From the IMG/VR virus record IMGVR_UViG_3300037247_000311, positions 1-61,863 of that record: 61,863 nt of DNA. One strand, 5' to 3'. Below, piece after piece: positions 52,174 through 61,863 of the stretch (the stretch's first letter is position 1; the number at the start of each line of letters is the position of its first letter). This DNA is from a virus (taxonomy: Duplodnaviria > Caudoviricetes). The position numbers and the translations under genes are program-made. The notes under the pieces were generated by a model that saw only the letters and a list, made by a program, of their open reading frames with translations, ran no database searches and was not told the DNA's origin.

Positions 52174-53040
52174 TTAGTTTACGGCTCGCGGCAGACGGAC
52201 ACGCTCTTGCCAGGCTAGGATGTAGTCTAGGTACATGGTCTTGTCATTATCCGTGCCCCTAGACTGAACAAAGGCATAAACACCTAGCGGCTCCAGGTCA
52301 ATGTCAGGACTCGTTCCCCGAATCACGCCACGGAAGGTCGAATCAACCCAGAAGCGACACTCGTTTGCCTCGTTGACGGCAAGCATGAAGTCGTACCAGG
52401 TGTTAGTTACGAACGTAGAGTCCGTGCCCGTGAACACCGGACTGGAGGCGACGCTCGCAACAGTGGTATCTCCGCCGTCCGCGTGAAGGTCTACACTGGT
52501 GTCATCGTCCGTATCATAGACGATACATGCGTAGTCCGTTGCAGTCGAAGTAGGAGTATCCTTCACAAGCACCGCACCGGAGTTCTCACCGTTGTCCCCA
52601 AGGGCTGTCCCCGTGAAGCCTAGCTCAAATTTTGTAGTCGTAATGGAACTGAATATCTGTGCGCGGAAGAGCGCCACAGGGCGATGGTCAGCAGTGAAGA
52701 TTTCCTGTGACCGCATACGGGACGTACCATTATCGGCGTCCCCAGAGTCCAGCTCGATAACACCGTTTACGTCTCCAGTCGATGTAAGAGCCGTAGGATC
52801 GCGTGCGGCATTGCCCTCGTTGCCAGGCGTCCACATGATCTCTGTCTGACCAGAGTTATCAATAACGGTCAGGAAGTCATCAAAGACCGAGAAGACATCC
52901 CGCTTGCACTCAAGCATAAGCAAGTGGTACGTCGGGTCGTCTGGTCCGATCTTATCTCGGAGCATCCGTGCCCGGAAGATTCGTCCCTGAAGGCTGGTCT
53001 GGGGGTTGAGGGTCATCCCCCCTAGTGAACTTGTACTCAT
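52174..53040 (-). CDS. putative capsid decoration protein, lectin-like, paralog A
   Basis: Paralog of 51325..52164; AAGGAG SD. Confidence 0.6.
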   Translation of the reverse strand: MSTSSLGGMTLNPQTSLQGRIFRARMLRDKIGPDDPTYHLLMLECKRDVFSVFDDFLTVIDNSGQTEIMWTPGNEGNAARDPTALTSTGDVNGVIELDSGDADNGTSRMRSQEIFTADHRPVALFRAQIFSSITTTKFELGFTGTALGDNGENSGAVLVKDTPTSTATDYACIVYDTDDDTSVDLHADGGDTTVASVASSPVFTGTDSTFVTNTWYDFMLAVNEANECRFWVDSTFRGVIRGTSPDIDLEPLGVYAFVQSRGTDNDKTMYLDYILAWQERVRLPRAVN

Positions 53041-53106
53041 AATACTCCTTCCCCATCACGGGGAAACCTCGCTAGACTAGCTAGCGGAACTTGCCCCCTC
53101 TCTTAC

Positions 53107-53142
53107 ATTATACCTGAAATCGTACCCTTACGTAAAGGTTAG
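53107..53142 (-). promoter_or_regulatory. late promoter with operator
   Basis: CTAACC-TTTACG-N18-TATAAT; near-perfect palindrome ACCCTTACGTAAAGGT at 53124-53139. Confidence 0.8.
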
Positions 53143-54023
53143 GCTTCCTCTGCTTCTCCCTTTGCGGCGGGCTGAAGATCGCCCGCATTACCGGAAATCT
53201 CCATACGTTTCAGCTCTTCCGAAATCGCAGCAAACCTTCCAGCATTAAAGGGCACTCCCTGTTCCCTCAGAATCAACGTAGCTTCCCGCCTGCTATACTC
53301 GTGGCGCCCATCCTCTGTGTTAGACCTTAGGTGCCGAAAGCAGGCCATCCCTGTCTCTGTGTCATCATCGAGCATCCACATGTCGTAGCGGTCGCAGTCT
53401 TCGCACTCAAAGTGTCGTACACGATCCTTAACGGCTTCATACTGAGGGAACACAACCCCCTCAAGCGGGGGGGCGATGTGCCACTTGTAGGTAAGCACTT
53501 GAGAAGCCGGAAACTCCCTTGCCCCGCCCCGTTCAAGCATCGGGACAAATGGGGCACCTGGGCCTAGGCTGTGGTATGCTGACGGGGGGGCACAGTTTCC
53601 ATAACCAGTAATAGGCTTCATCCCTTTTGTCATGTACTGCACAAAAGCACCACTATCACGCTGGCCCCGCTCGTTTGCCCCGCCAGGAGCGTAGACGATC
53701 CAGTCAGCCTGATCGCCATCACTTGGCCGCTTAAAATACTGCCACGGATAGCCAGACGGCCCTGAGTCTATGACTGCCCCACCACCTGTAGGCGCCTGTT
53801 GAATATCGGAAACCTGTGCACGGAGTTGTGCAATCTCTGCCTGAAGTTTGCCCATAATTTCCGCCGCAGCAGGACTATTAATGTCTAGCCCCTCAAGCGG
53901 ATGAACGGTCTCAGCGGGATTCTTCGTCTGCTTTGATATAGGGGGCCGCGTTAGCTTCTCCTGTAGCTCCTGCATAGCCTCTGCAACTGTGGGCGGCTCC
54001 TCACTAGGAAGAGCATCCAACAT
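53139..54023 (-). CDS. hypothetical protein with C-terminal C2H2-like finger
   Basis: Likely start MLDALP right after the stop of 54025..54654; CEDC...C..H...H. Confidence 0.65.
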   Translation of the reverse strand: MLDALPSEEPPTVAEAMQELQEKLTRPPISKQTKNPAETVHPLEGLDINSPAAAEIMGKLQAEIAQLRAQVSDIQQAPTGGGAVIDSGPSGYPWQYFKRPSDGDQADWIVYAPGGANERGQRDSGAFVQYMTKGMKPITGYGNCAPPSAYHSLGPGAPFVPMLERGGAREFPASQVLTYKWHIAPPLEGVVFPQYEAVKDRVRHFECEDCDRYDMWMLDDDTETGMACFRHLRSNTEDGRHEYSRREATLILREQGVPFNAGRFAAISEELKRMEISGNAGDLQPAAKGEAEEA

Positions 54024-54024
54024 A

Positions 54025-54654
54025 TCAGCCGGAGAGGCTCCTTTGCTCGTCGTCGATGAGTCGCTGGTCTTCGGGGGTCGGTCTTTTGTTGCCACGTGTA
54101 ATTGGTCCTCTCTGTACTCGCGGGTCTGACTTGGGATCACTATCGATCTCAGCCTCTCCCGGATAACTTGGGGTGCCAGGAAGTTGAATCCCCCCTGCAC
54201 CAAACGATGTTGGCTTCTTTGCCAGCCGTTCTTCGTCCCTGGCCTGCCCTGGATGCCTCAGCATCTCAATAGCAGTCTCTGGTGCCCAGAAGATTCCCAC
54301 AATACGGTACTCCACCATACCATCGGTCTCCTCTAGGCTAGTCTCTTTCTTGTTTGCTGTCTCAACTAGCCCCCCAGCAGTTTGTACTTTCTGACGCCGT
54401 TCACCAGTCCAGTCAATAGCATAGTTAGCACTAAGGCGCCCCTGAGAATCAGTAACCCATTGTGGGTTCACCTGACCCGCTGGTACCTTTGCCAGAGTAA
54501 GACCCCGGAGTTCCATCGAACGAATAAACGCTTCCTGTGCGCCTTGGAGGTTCCGTTCGAGTTCGGTTCCCTTGACCCCGTATTCGAGGTCAATAGAGCC
54601 AACCTTGCTTACAAGGCCGTACTCTGGCTCAGCTTCAATGCGAATCTGCGGCAC
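54025..54654 (-). CDS. hypothetical virion-module protein
   Basis: GTG start overlapping the stop of the Arg-rich peptide. Confidence 0.7.
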   Translation of the reverse strand: MPQIRIEAEPEYGLVSKVGSIDLEYGVKGTELERNLQGAQEAFIRSMELRGLTLAKVPAGQVNPQWVTDSQGRLSANYAIDWTGERRQKVQTAGGLVETANKKETSLEETDGMVEYRIVGIFWAPETAIEMLRHPGQARDEERLAKKPTSFGAGGIQLPGTPSYPGEAEIDSDPKSDPRVQRGPITRGNKRPTPEDQRLIDDEQRSLSG

Positions 54655-54791
54655 TAGCGACGCCGCCGTTGGGTAGGCTTCCGTGCAGGGGATGTCCGCA
54701 CAGGGGGTCTAAAAGGCGGAATCGTTCGCCGTCGGCGTGCCTGCCTCGGAAGCGTTCGTGTGTCACGCCCTCTGCCTCGATTGTGTGGCAT
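54654..54791 (-). CDS. Arg-rich protamine-like peptide, 45 aa
   Basis: Hand translation MPHNRGRGRDTRTLPRQARRRRTIPPFRPPVRTSPARKPTQRRRR; start and stop overlap both neighbours by 1 nt. Confidence 0.7.
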   Translation of the reverse strand: MPHNRGRGRDTRTLPRQARRRRTIPPFRPPVRTSPARKPTQRRRR

Positions 54792-54898
54792 TACTTCTTC
54801 CCGCTGTTACGCTTCATACCAGGCTGTTTTGTTGGCCCCTTTGAGGAGTCCTGACGCGTTGCGAGCTTGGTAGAGTTCTCTGTTCCTTTTTGTCCCAT
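54791..54898 (-). CDS. small basic peptide, 35 aa
   Basis: AAGGAG SD right after the capsid stop; MGQKGTENSTKLATRQDSSKGPTKQPGMKRNSGKK. Confidence 0.7.
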   Translation of the reverse strand: MGQKGTENSTKLATRQDSSKGPTKQPGMKRNSGKK

Positions 54899-54909
54899 AA
54901 TACTCCTTA

Positions 54910-55827
54910 TTAGCCGGTGCGGATGTACACACCGCCAACGTCAACCTTGGTCACGTTGGAGTCCCCGGCTGGTGCTTCACGGCTCCAGTTGGCCTCGTCC
55001 ACGGTGTAGAGGTTATACGCCACGATACCATCTGCGAGTTTCCGAATGTCGAACTGCTCACGGAACTGTGGCTTAACCTGCCGAAGCAGAATAATTGCTT
55101 CCTTGTGGAACAATGCACAGTCCTGCTGTCCCGTTGCGGGAACCCTTAACAGGTTCGACGCATAGGCCGTGTAGTTGTACAGCCTCGGAAGCGTAGCATT
55201 CTCGATAACCGAGGCGCCGTCTACGAAATCCTTACTCGTAAACTTGTTGTTCCCAAATAGGGCTGCAACGGCCCCAGGGCCAAAGACCCAAGAAGCGTTA
55301 TCATAGACGCCAGCAGCAGCAAGATACTGCCAACTGCGCCGAAGAACTGCGTCATCAGGGTCAGCGCCTAGGGTTCCAGTAATCTGACTAAAGCTCTGGA
55401 ACAATGCAGCGATACTAACCTCAACACCGCGCATAAGCGCGTAGCCTAGGCCGCGTGCAATGTTCTGTCGTTCGTCATACTTCGACTGCGCGGCAACAAC
55501 TGCATTGAGCAGTGCGGCAGCGTACTCAAAGGTGCTTACCGTTATGGCCTGGAAGTTTGCGCCTGGGCTGTTCCCTGCCATACTCTGGAACTTCACATCG
55601 TTACCGTGTGCTCCAGAAAGGCCCTCAGTCTTCGTCTGCGTGTCGTAGTTTGCACGCAGGGGGATGTTAAGGACTCTCCCAATGCTGAGGTCGTCCTCGT
55701 ACTGGGTGTTCGCCAGCTTTGAGAGAACCTCTGCGTACTTAATAGCATCCCTAGTGTCATTTGCCCAAACGTCGGGCAAAAAGTCTTGGTGTGTGGTGGA
55801 TGTCATCTCTGTGTCTGTGACAGACAT
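54910..55827 (-). CDS. major capsid protein (HK97 fold)
   Basis: FLPDVWA...YEDDLSIGRVLNIP N-terminus typical of P22/T7-like coats; 305 aa; follows the scaffold. Confidence 0.85.
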   Translation of the reverse strand: MSVTDTEMTSTTHQDFLPDVWANDTRDAIKYAEVLSKLANTQYEDDLSIGRVLNIPLRANYDTQTKTEGLSGAHGNDVKFQSMAGNSPGANFQAITVSTFEYAAALLNAVVAAQSKYDERQNIARGLGYALMRGVEVSIAALFQSFSQITGTLGADPDDAVLRRSWQYLAAAGVYDNASWVFGPGAVAALFGNNKFTSKDFVDGASVIENATLPRLYNYTAYASNLLRVPATGQQDCALFHKEAIILLRQVKPQFREQFDIRKLADGIVAYNLYTVDEANWSREAPAGDSNVTKVDVGGVYIRTG

Positions 55828-55884
55828 CTAGCTCACTCTATCTCCATTCAGCCTCCTTTAAATACGTTTAGATATTAGCTAATA

Positions 55885-56910
55885 CTACCTAGAAACAGCA
55901 GCACCAGCTCCTCGCCTTGCGGCCCAGCGGTTGACGTACTCTTGTGTCTTCGCGTCGTCTCCCGCTTCCTTCATCTTCTGGTAGCCATCCTCGGAGAACT
56001 CCGGAACGGCCTGACGAGGTTCAGATTTCGGTGCGCGAGGCGGGCCTTTATCGGCCTCGATCTTAGCCCTGGCAGCCACAACAGCATTACTCCTAGCGAT
56101 GCTCTCTTTTACGGTCTTCTTAGAGCCTACACGGGTACGCTCTTGGGCAGCACCGTGCTCCATCCCCCGGCGGGCAACAAAGTTGAGAAGCTCCGACATC
56201 CAGTAGCCGTCTGCACGGGCGAACTGATTTTGGTCTCCACGCATACGGTTTACTGTGTTCGTAATCGTACCTAGCTCCTCGGCGTGTTCGTCTGACAACC
56301 CTGGTAGCACATCCCCAAAGACCTTATCGAACCCATCCTGGGCAGCGGTCTCAAGTACGTGACGCTCGTACATTGCTGTAGCAGAGCCATATTGCTCTAG
56401 CGATGACACGAACTCTTGGGAATTAAAGACATCTGGGTTGGCCTCTTCGTTCCGTGAGGCTTTCCCAAGTTCTGTCTTCGCATCTTCGGCAAGTTGATGC
56501 ATGTGCTGTGCGGCAGACCGCCCACGGTTGATAAGCTGATCGATCTGGGACTGAGAGTCAGTTGTGGACCGATAGTCCTGTACCTGACGAGCGACTTCTG
56601 CCTTAACCTCCGTTTTGATGGAGGTCTCCATGCCCTTGGTCTTACGGAGGCGCTCCCCATAAGCGTCCACAAGGGCATCAAGTGTCGCATCGTCCAGTTC
56701 TTGATCAGCTTCCTCTTCCTCAGTAGGCGTCTCCACAGGAGCCTCATCCGGAGCGGCTTCTGCACTAACTTCGGTATCCTCTGTCGCAACAGGGGTATCC
56801 TCAGTTGGCGTTTCTTCCGATTCCGGCTTATCGGAGTCCTCTGGAGTCGCCTCCGGAGTATCGAGATCAGCCGTGCTGTCTGGTGTATCGACTGTGTCAC
56901 TAACAGACAT
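55885..56910 (-). CDS. capsid scaffolding protein
   Basis: Highly acidic low-complexity N-terminus and helical body, directly upstream of the capsid gene. Confidence 0.75.
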   Translation of the reverse strand: MSVSDTVDTPDSTADLDTPEATPEDSDKPESEETPTEDTPVATEDTEVSAEAAPDEAPVETPTEEEEADQELDDATLDALVDAYGERLRKTKGMETSIKTEVKAEVARQVQDYRSTTDSQSQIDQLINRGRSAAQHMHQLAEDAKTELGKASRNEEANPDVFNSQEFVSSLEQYGSATAMYERHVLETAAQDGFDKVFGDVLPGLSDEHAEELGTITNTVNRMRGDQNQFARADGYWMSELLNFVARRGMEHGAAQERTRVGSKKTVKESIARSNAVVAARAKIEADKGPPRAPKSEPRQAVPEFSEDGYQKMKEAGDDAKTQEYVNRWAARRGAGAAVSR

Positions 56911-56922
56911 GTTGCTCCTTTC

Positions 56923-56964
56923 ATTGTATCATAACCGTAACCCTTACGTCAAGGTCAAGGTTAG
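56923..56964 (-). promoter_or_regulatory. late promoter with operator and duplicated -35 box
   Basis: CTAACC-TTGACC-TTGACG-TAAGGGT...TATGAT/TACAAT upstream of the scaffold gene. Confidence 0.7.
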
Positions 56965-59900
56965 GGTGGTTGAAGTCGTGGCCTATCAGCCTGTGGTATA
57001 CTGGGTTGCGGCTGTAGTATCCCAGGCCGCCCGATGTCACCCTCGGCAAAGTCTCGATAGCCCCAACGATCCAGTAGTATGAGGATACTCGTGTGCTCTG
57101 CATAGAACCGCTGATTAGCATCTTGCTTTCGCTTCTGGTACTCGTCCAGGGTAGGATCGGCATCCTCAAACGCGTCTTGGTGCAGAGGGTTCGTAGGAAA
57201 GCGCCGTCGAGCTTCCTGTCCAAGCGCAGCCTCGTATTCACGACGCGTCTCTGGAAGTCTCAAATCCGAACGAGCGCGCCGCATCTCGTCCCATACATCT
57301 TGTCCGAGGTCAAACCAGCCTGCCTCACGAATAGTACGACGGTCTGCCTTTAATTGATCATACTCAGGTATCCCCTCCAAATTAAGTCCTAATTGGGCCT
57401 CCACAGCAGCCTCGCGAGCAGGGCTAATCCTGGCAAAGAAGCGCTCAATCTCATCAAACATATCGGAGCGTTGGACAACGTCCACACTAGCATCGGGATA
57501 ACGGTCAAAAATGTCAAAGTAGGCTTCAAGATCATCAAAGACAGGGCCTGCCCGCTCTCGTGCCTCAAGTCCTAACTCGTCACGTAACGTTTGCAGGCCT
57601 GCCCGCAAGCCCCGCTGTTGCTCGATAGTCGCGTCTACGCCCGCACGGAACTCGGCCCCATCTCTCGTTTGGGCAAAGATGTTGGCAGCCGTCTGGATAC
57701 CACTCTGAGCCTGTTCACGTCCAACGCGTCCAAGTTCCCCAAGAAAGGCCTGCTGTGTCCGCTCTCCCGCACGCTCGATAGTTCGTTCTGTGGACTCTTC
57801 TAGTTCTTGTAAGAGATTTGGCGCAAGCTCTCCAAACTGCTTACGGTCTTCTGGGAGTAGGTCCCCCATAGTCTCAGGCAGGTTATCATACTGATTCGGG
57901 TCGATCATGCCTTGCTCAAACATGTCAGCAATAATTTGTGAGGCTGCTGCTGTTCGGGTTTCGTATGTCTGGACCCCTACGCCCACAAAGGAGAGAAGGG
58001 AGATGAGGCTACTTAGCGGGGAACCAGCCTTGCTCAACGACGCCTCCTGAACGTCCTGTAGGAAGATAGGCACAAAGAGGTTTAACATGAGTGCCTCTGG
58101 CCCAAGCGCCTCACCAATGAAGGTCTCCCCTTCGAGTGCGGACCAAATCGTCCCACTCGATGGTGCCATCTTCGACCGTACAAAGTTCAGCACTGCTGCC
58201 TTACGGTCAATATCCTGGATGTCGCCTATCTCCGGCTTTCGTTGGCCACTCATAATCTGAGCCATATACCGGAAAAGGGGCTGCTGGCCACCCGTTATGT
58301 CGATTCGCGTATTACCCACCTTTACCTTTCCCCAGTCAGTTGAGCGCATATCCCATTCTACAGCAGCCACACCACTTGCGCTTATAATCCCCAACATAGT
58401 TGCAAACGTACCATAGAACTGGAGGAGCTTCCGCTGAGCCAATTGGCGCACAGGTTTGGATATACGTGGATCAACAGCAAAGCGTAGGCGTGTCACCTGG
58501 CCTGCCACAAAGCGTGGAGCAAAGAAGATAAAGTTAAGTGGCTGCGACCACCTGTCGAATGGCCCAAGAGCACCCCGTCCTGACGTTTCATTCCTAAACG
58601 CCATAAGATCACGCATAGTGCCCTCATTACCCTCGCCAATCCACTCACGTAGGACGACATCCTTTGCCTCCTCATCTACGGCATCGAGGTAACGTATGCG
58701 AGATTTGGCAGGCATCATATCCGTCCACCACTTCTCAACGATATTCTTACGGCTACCAGATATGTATACTGATGCACTACGGTCTGTTGCATCAAACATT
58801 CGGCCAAGAAGGGGGAACTTTCGTATTTGGGCAGCTAGTATACCCTTCTCTGCACCAGTGAGTAGAAGTTCCTCACCAGTGGTGGCCTGTCCAGATATAG
58901 GCATCGCAAGTCCGTACTCACGTGCTGTCCGGGACGTGGCTGCATCCATCATTTCCCTTGATGCTGCCTGTGCATAGTCTGCACTAGCAAAGGCACGAGG
59001 GTAGCTAGTAACTGTCTTTCGCCATGCGTTTGGTTCCGTAATGGCAGCAAAAAGGTCTTGCCGGAGCATAAACGACCAATCAAACAGCCCCGCCATAAAC
59101 CGTCGGGGGAGGTTCCAGATAGTAAGAGCACCAAAAAGGATTTCGTCTGACACACTGAGATCACGCGCCATCGCCTGAGTGAGAGCCATGTGGAAGTCGA
59201 ATCCAAGAGCTTCCTCAAGAAGTTCTAGTTTTGACTTTACGAGCTTGTCATAGTCACCGTCCAAAACGTTCTTCAGTGCGTCCTTTGCGTTATTCGCAGA
59301 CAGCGGCTGGTTCTTTCCTACCCTAAAGTACTGGTCTAACGCATTGGTGAGCGATTGCGTATCCTCAGGGCTTATACGTACAGCGTCACCAGTAATATCG
59401 GGCCGTAGTTTCCCTCGTAGGGCAGCACCCGTTCGAGCAAGCTGCTCCTCCAGTGTGCCTCCCCTCGCTTGTGCAGCGCCCGCCCGTCCAGCCTGCTGAA
59501 CCCTCCCAACACGCACCTCTGCTTCTGTTAGGGTCAGAGCTTTCTTGGCTGACATAACAGCCTGGGTCAGTCTATCTACGAGTTCCGGCTGCTCATCAAG
59601 AACCCTTGCACGAGCTTCTGAGGATCGGGCCTCTACACGTGCTCGATCCGCACGCCCGCCAACCGCCCTCCCTGCTCCCTCTTGCCTAATCTTTGCATCC
59701 CTAGCGGCACGGTTCGCACGTGTGGCCATCGTTGCACGGGCGCCCAGTACACGTTTGTTGGTCGCCTGAGTTTTCTTAATATCAGCGAGAGCCTCCCGGT
59801 GTAATCTCTTGGCCTTATTTAGTTCCTCCAGACGCTTACCCTTCTGGCCACGGGGCGCATCCGTATGGGCCTTTCTTGCACGATTGACGGCATTGTTAGC

Positions 59901-60095
59901 ACTCTGTACCTTACCCCGAAGAGGCTTCAGATCAGTCTGCTGAAATGTAGCACTGGGACTCCTCCCCTGCTCCAGAGCATCATCAATCTGTGCGTTTACC
60001 CCCCCACGGGTCTTAGCAATAGGGGCTCTATCACCAAGACCACGTAGGAAATCTTCAGCAGCCTGAAGGTCTTCGGGGGTACACTCAGTAGGCAT
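56961..60095 (-). CDS. large internal virion / DNA-ejection protein
   Basis: 1044 aa, helical; DMRSTDWGKVKVGNTRIDITGG segment after a hydrophobic helix resembles large polyvalent/ejection proteins. Confidence 0.6.
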   Translation of the reverse strand: MPTECTPEDLQAAEDFLRGLGDRAPIAKTRGGVNAQIDDALEQGRSPSATFQQTDLKPLRGKVQSANNAVNRARKAHTDAPRGQKGKRLEELNKAKRLHREALADIKKTQATNKRVLGARATMATRANRAARDAKIRQEGAGRAVGGRADRARVEARSSEARARVLDEQPELVDRLTQAVMSAKKALTLTEAEVRVGRVQQAGRAGAAQARGGTLEEQLARTGAALRGKLRPDITGDAVRISPEDTQSLTNALDQYFRVGKNQPLSANNAKDALKNVLDGDYDKLVKSKLELLEEALGFDFHMALTQAMARDLSVSDEILFGALTIWNLPRRFMAGLFDWSFMLRQDLFAAITEPNAWRKTVTSYPRAFASADYAQAASREMMDAATSRTAREYGLAMPISGQATTGEELLLTGAEKGILAAQIRKFPLLGRMFDATDRSASVYISGSRKNIVEKWWTDMMPAKSRIRYLDAVDEEAKDVVLREWIGEGNEGTMRDLMAFRNETSGRGALGPFDRWSQPLNFIFFAPRFVAGQVTRLRFAVDPRISKPVRQLAQRKLLQFYGTFATMLGIISASGVAAVEWDMRSTDWGKVKVGNTRIDITGGQQPLFRYMAQIMSGQRKPEIGDIQDIDRKAAVLNFVRSKMAPSSGTIWSALEGETFIGEALGPEALMLNLFVPIFLQDVQEASLSKAGSPLSSLISLLSFVGVGVQTYETRTAAASQIIADMFEQGMIDPNQYDNLPETMGDLLPEDRKQFGELAPNLLQELEESTERTIERAGERTQQAFLGELGRVGREQAQSGIQTAANIFAQTRDGAEFRAGVDATIEQQRGLRAGLQTLRDELGLEARERAGPVFDDLEAYFDIFDRYPDASVDVVQRSDMFDEIERFFARISPAREAAVEAQLGLNLEGIPEYDQLKADRRTIREAGWFDLGQDVWDEMRRARSDLRLPETRREYEAALGQEARRRFPTNPLHQDAFEDADPTLDEYQKRKQDANQRFYAEHTSILILLDRWGYRDFAEGDIGRPGILQPQPSIPQADRPRLQPP

Positions 60096-61736
60096 TACTT
60101 ACACACTCTATCAAAGAGTTTCTGGGTATTACGTTTTACAGACTTAGGCTGTGATGGGTCATCAAGTATAGCTTGAAGTCGTGCTCTGACAGCCAAGGAG
60201 CGCTCCGTGAACTCCTTTGTTCCAGCAGCAGGTATATCCCGTGGAGTGGCTCTTGCAGGAGCGGCTCCAGGCTCCATGGGGGCGGCGCGAGCGGGCTCCA
60301 CAACAGCCGGTTCTACTGGCGTCTCTGGGCGAACAACAGGAGAAACATCCTCAACAACTTGAACTCGTCCACGAGACCTCAGGAATGCCGGTCCCGTATC
60401 TGGACGAATCGTCACCCCCTGCTCACTTTGAGCAATAACTCTACCAATAGACGCAGAAGGGGCGGTTCGTAGTGCCACAGTGTCACCTGTTCTGATCGAC
60501 ACATCCGGCGCAACACGAACTCCGGCAGGCTCCAGCAGTGATCCTCGTACGGGCGGCGCAATCTCAGCAGCAGGGTGCACAATCGCCGGATCGGCCTTCA
60601 GGTTATCAATTGCACGCCCCAGACCAGATAGTACCTCCGGCCCAAGTCCCCCGACTGCCAGGCCGAAGGCTAACATTGTGAGGTCTTCAACTGGATCAGG
60701 GGGCGGCTCCCTCCGTGCATCCTTCCCGGCACGGTTCTGCATTACATTGATAATGCCCTCCTGGACAGCTCGCGGAGCAGCACGACGGAGGAGACTCACC
60801 CCTTTTGTAGCCCTTGCAAATGGGACAGCCGACGTAGGAACAAGAACCTCCGATCCGTACTTAGCAATAGTTTCTGCATGTGGCACACGCGCTACCAGAA
60901 GGGCCTCTTCTAAGACGGGCCGAGTCAGCACAGCAATGGTCTGTTGCTCAGCCTCAAAGGGCACCTGCGCGAGGTCCTTCACGAACCGTGCTACGGTTGC
61001 TGGCTTGAGGTCTCTTGAGATCGAGAAGATCGGATCAGTAGGACCAGTGGGCTCCGTCAGGCCAGACTCACGTAAGACATCCTGTGGTATTGCTTTAACA
61101 TCACCATACTGATCAATGAGTTCGCCCAAGACTCGTGTTCGTCGTTCTCCCTCCGCTGCCTGGCTCTCATGTGCCGCGTCCCTAACAGCCTGTTCTGCGT
61201 CTGCCCCAGCCTTAGCCTCCCGTCCCTCTTCGAGAGCTTGTGTTGGGTCTTTCTGATCCTCAGGAATAAGTGGTGTCGTAGGATCACGAAAGGCCCTGCC
61301 TTCCCCTGCTTGGGTTTCAAGAATAACTGCAAGAATCTGGTTAGCCTTCTGTCGTTGGTGCTTTGAGAACTGATAGACCGATCCATCTTCCTGTTGTGCT
61401 GCCTCTATAATATCCTTAAAAGGCAAAGACGGCCCCACCTTGAGCAGTGCAGCCGCAAGAGGTCCCAGTGTTGCCCGCTGTGACGGATGCATATCGGCCA
61501 CTTGCCTACTGAACTCTATGGCTCGGCTCGTTCCTTCATTTAGGCGCTCTTCCTCAAGTACCTCGTAATACGGGCGATCCGTAGACCCAGCCCGAAAGGC
61601 GGCGGCCTGTTTCACATGTGTATCTAGGTCTTCAAGACTAGGCGCAAACCCATCACGGATAGCCTCCATCTGATTACGCTGATTCTCTTGTGCTGCCTCA
61701 AGTGCTTCAGCTTCAGCCCGACGCGCCTGGAAACTC
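60095..61736 (-). CDS. internal virion protein (continues across the origin; about 632 aa if started at 257)
   Basis: Track ORF 60095..61669; the frame remains open upstream through the junction. Confidence 0.65.
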
Positions 61737-61863
61737 GCACGTGCATGGCCAAACCGTGCTAGCTCCGATTGCTGGCCAAGAAGGTTGGCCGTCTCCTCAA
61801 AAGGAGCAGCTTCCTCATCAGCACGTAGCGCCCTATCGAGCTGGCTTGTAAACCCTGGTGTCA
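61737..61863. repeat. 127-bp terminal direct repeat (copy 2)
   Basis: Identical to 1-127. Confidence 0.95.

Noticed and set aside
54023-54203. Programmed frameshift or long overlap between 54025..54654 and 53139..54203
   Set aside because: An ATG at 54023 immediately follows the upstream stop, removing the overlap; no convincing slippery site.
56961-60095. Tape measure protein or virion RNA polymerase
   Set aside because: No tail tube or chaperone genes, no periodic aromatic repeats and no polymerase catalytic motifs; an ejection-type protein fits better.

Overview
The window is a complete, circularly assembled tailed-phage genome of about 61,736 bp. Bases 1-127 are repeated exactly at 61737-61863, which is an assembler k-mer overlap. 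The minus strand carries the virion and packaging genes (about 37.9-61.9 kb, continuing over the origin to 11.5 kb): tail and fibre proteins, paralogous decoration-like proteins, major capsid, scaffold, large internal/ejection proteins, portal, TerS and an intein-containing TerL. The plus strand (12.3-37.9 kb) carries early, replication, nucleotide-metabolism and lysis genes: family-4 UDG, family-A DNA polymerase, RNA ligase, DinG/XPD helicase, Cas4-like nuclease, Sak4-like ATPase, ERCC4 nuclease, two methyltransferases, a DEDD exonuclease and a GH24 lysozyme. I see no integrase, tape measure, RNA polymerase or recognisable primase, so it is probably a lytic, podovirus-like phage using host sigma70-type promoters. 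The host cannot be determined from sequence alone. The top finding is a compact four-gene ubiquitin-like conjugation cassette in the early region (14345-17077): E2-like with Cys-rich tail, JAB/JAMM protease, E1/ThiF, and a ubiquitin-like protein ending GG-VKGA. The second is a 68-nt tRNA-like RNA (10959-11026, minus strand) with an alanine G3-U70 acceptor stem and T-arm but no D-stem or anticodon loop, resembling a stand-alone tmRNA tRNA-like domain. Also notable are a palindromic operator on late promoters, several structured intergenic RNAs, a protamine-like peptide after the capsid gene and a probable ACG start codon. All functional calls come from motifs read by eye; no database searches were run.
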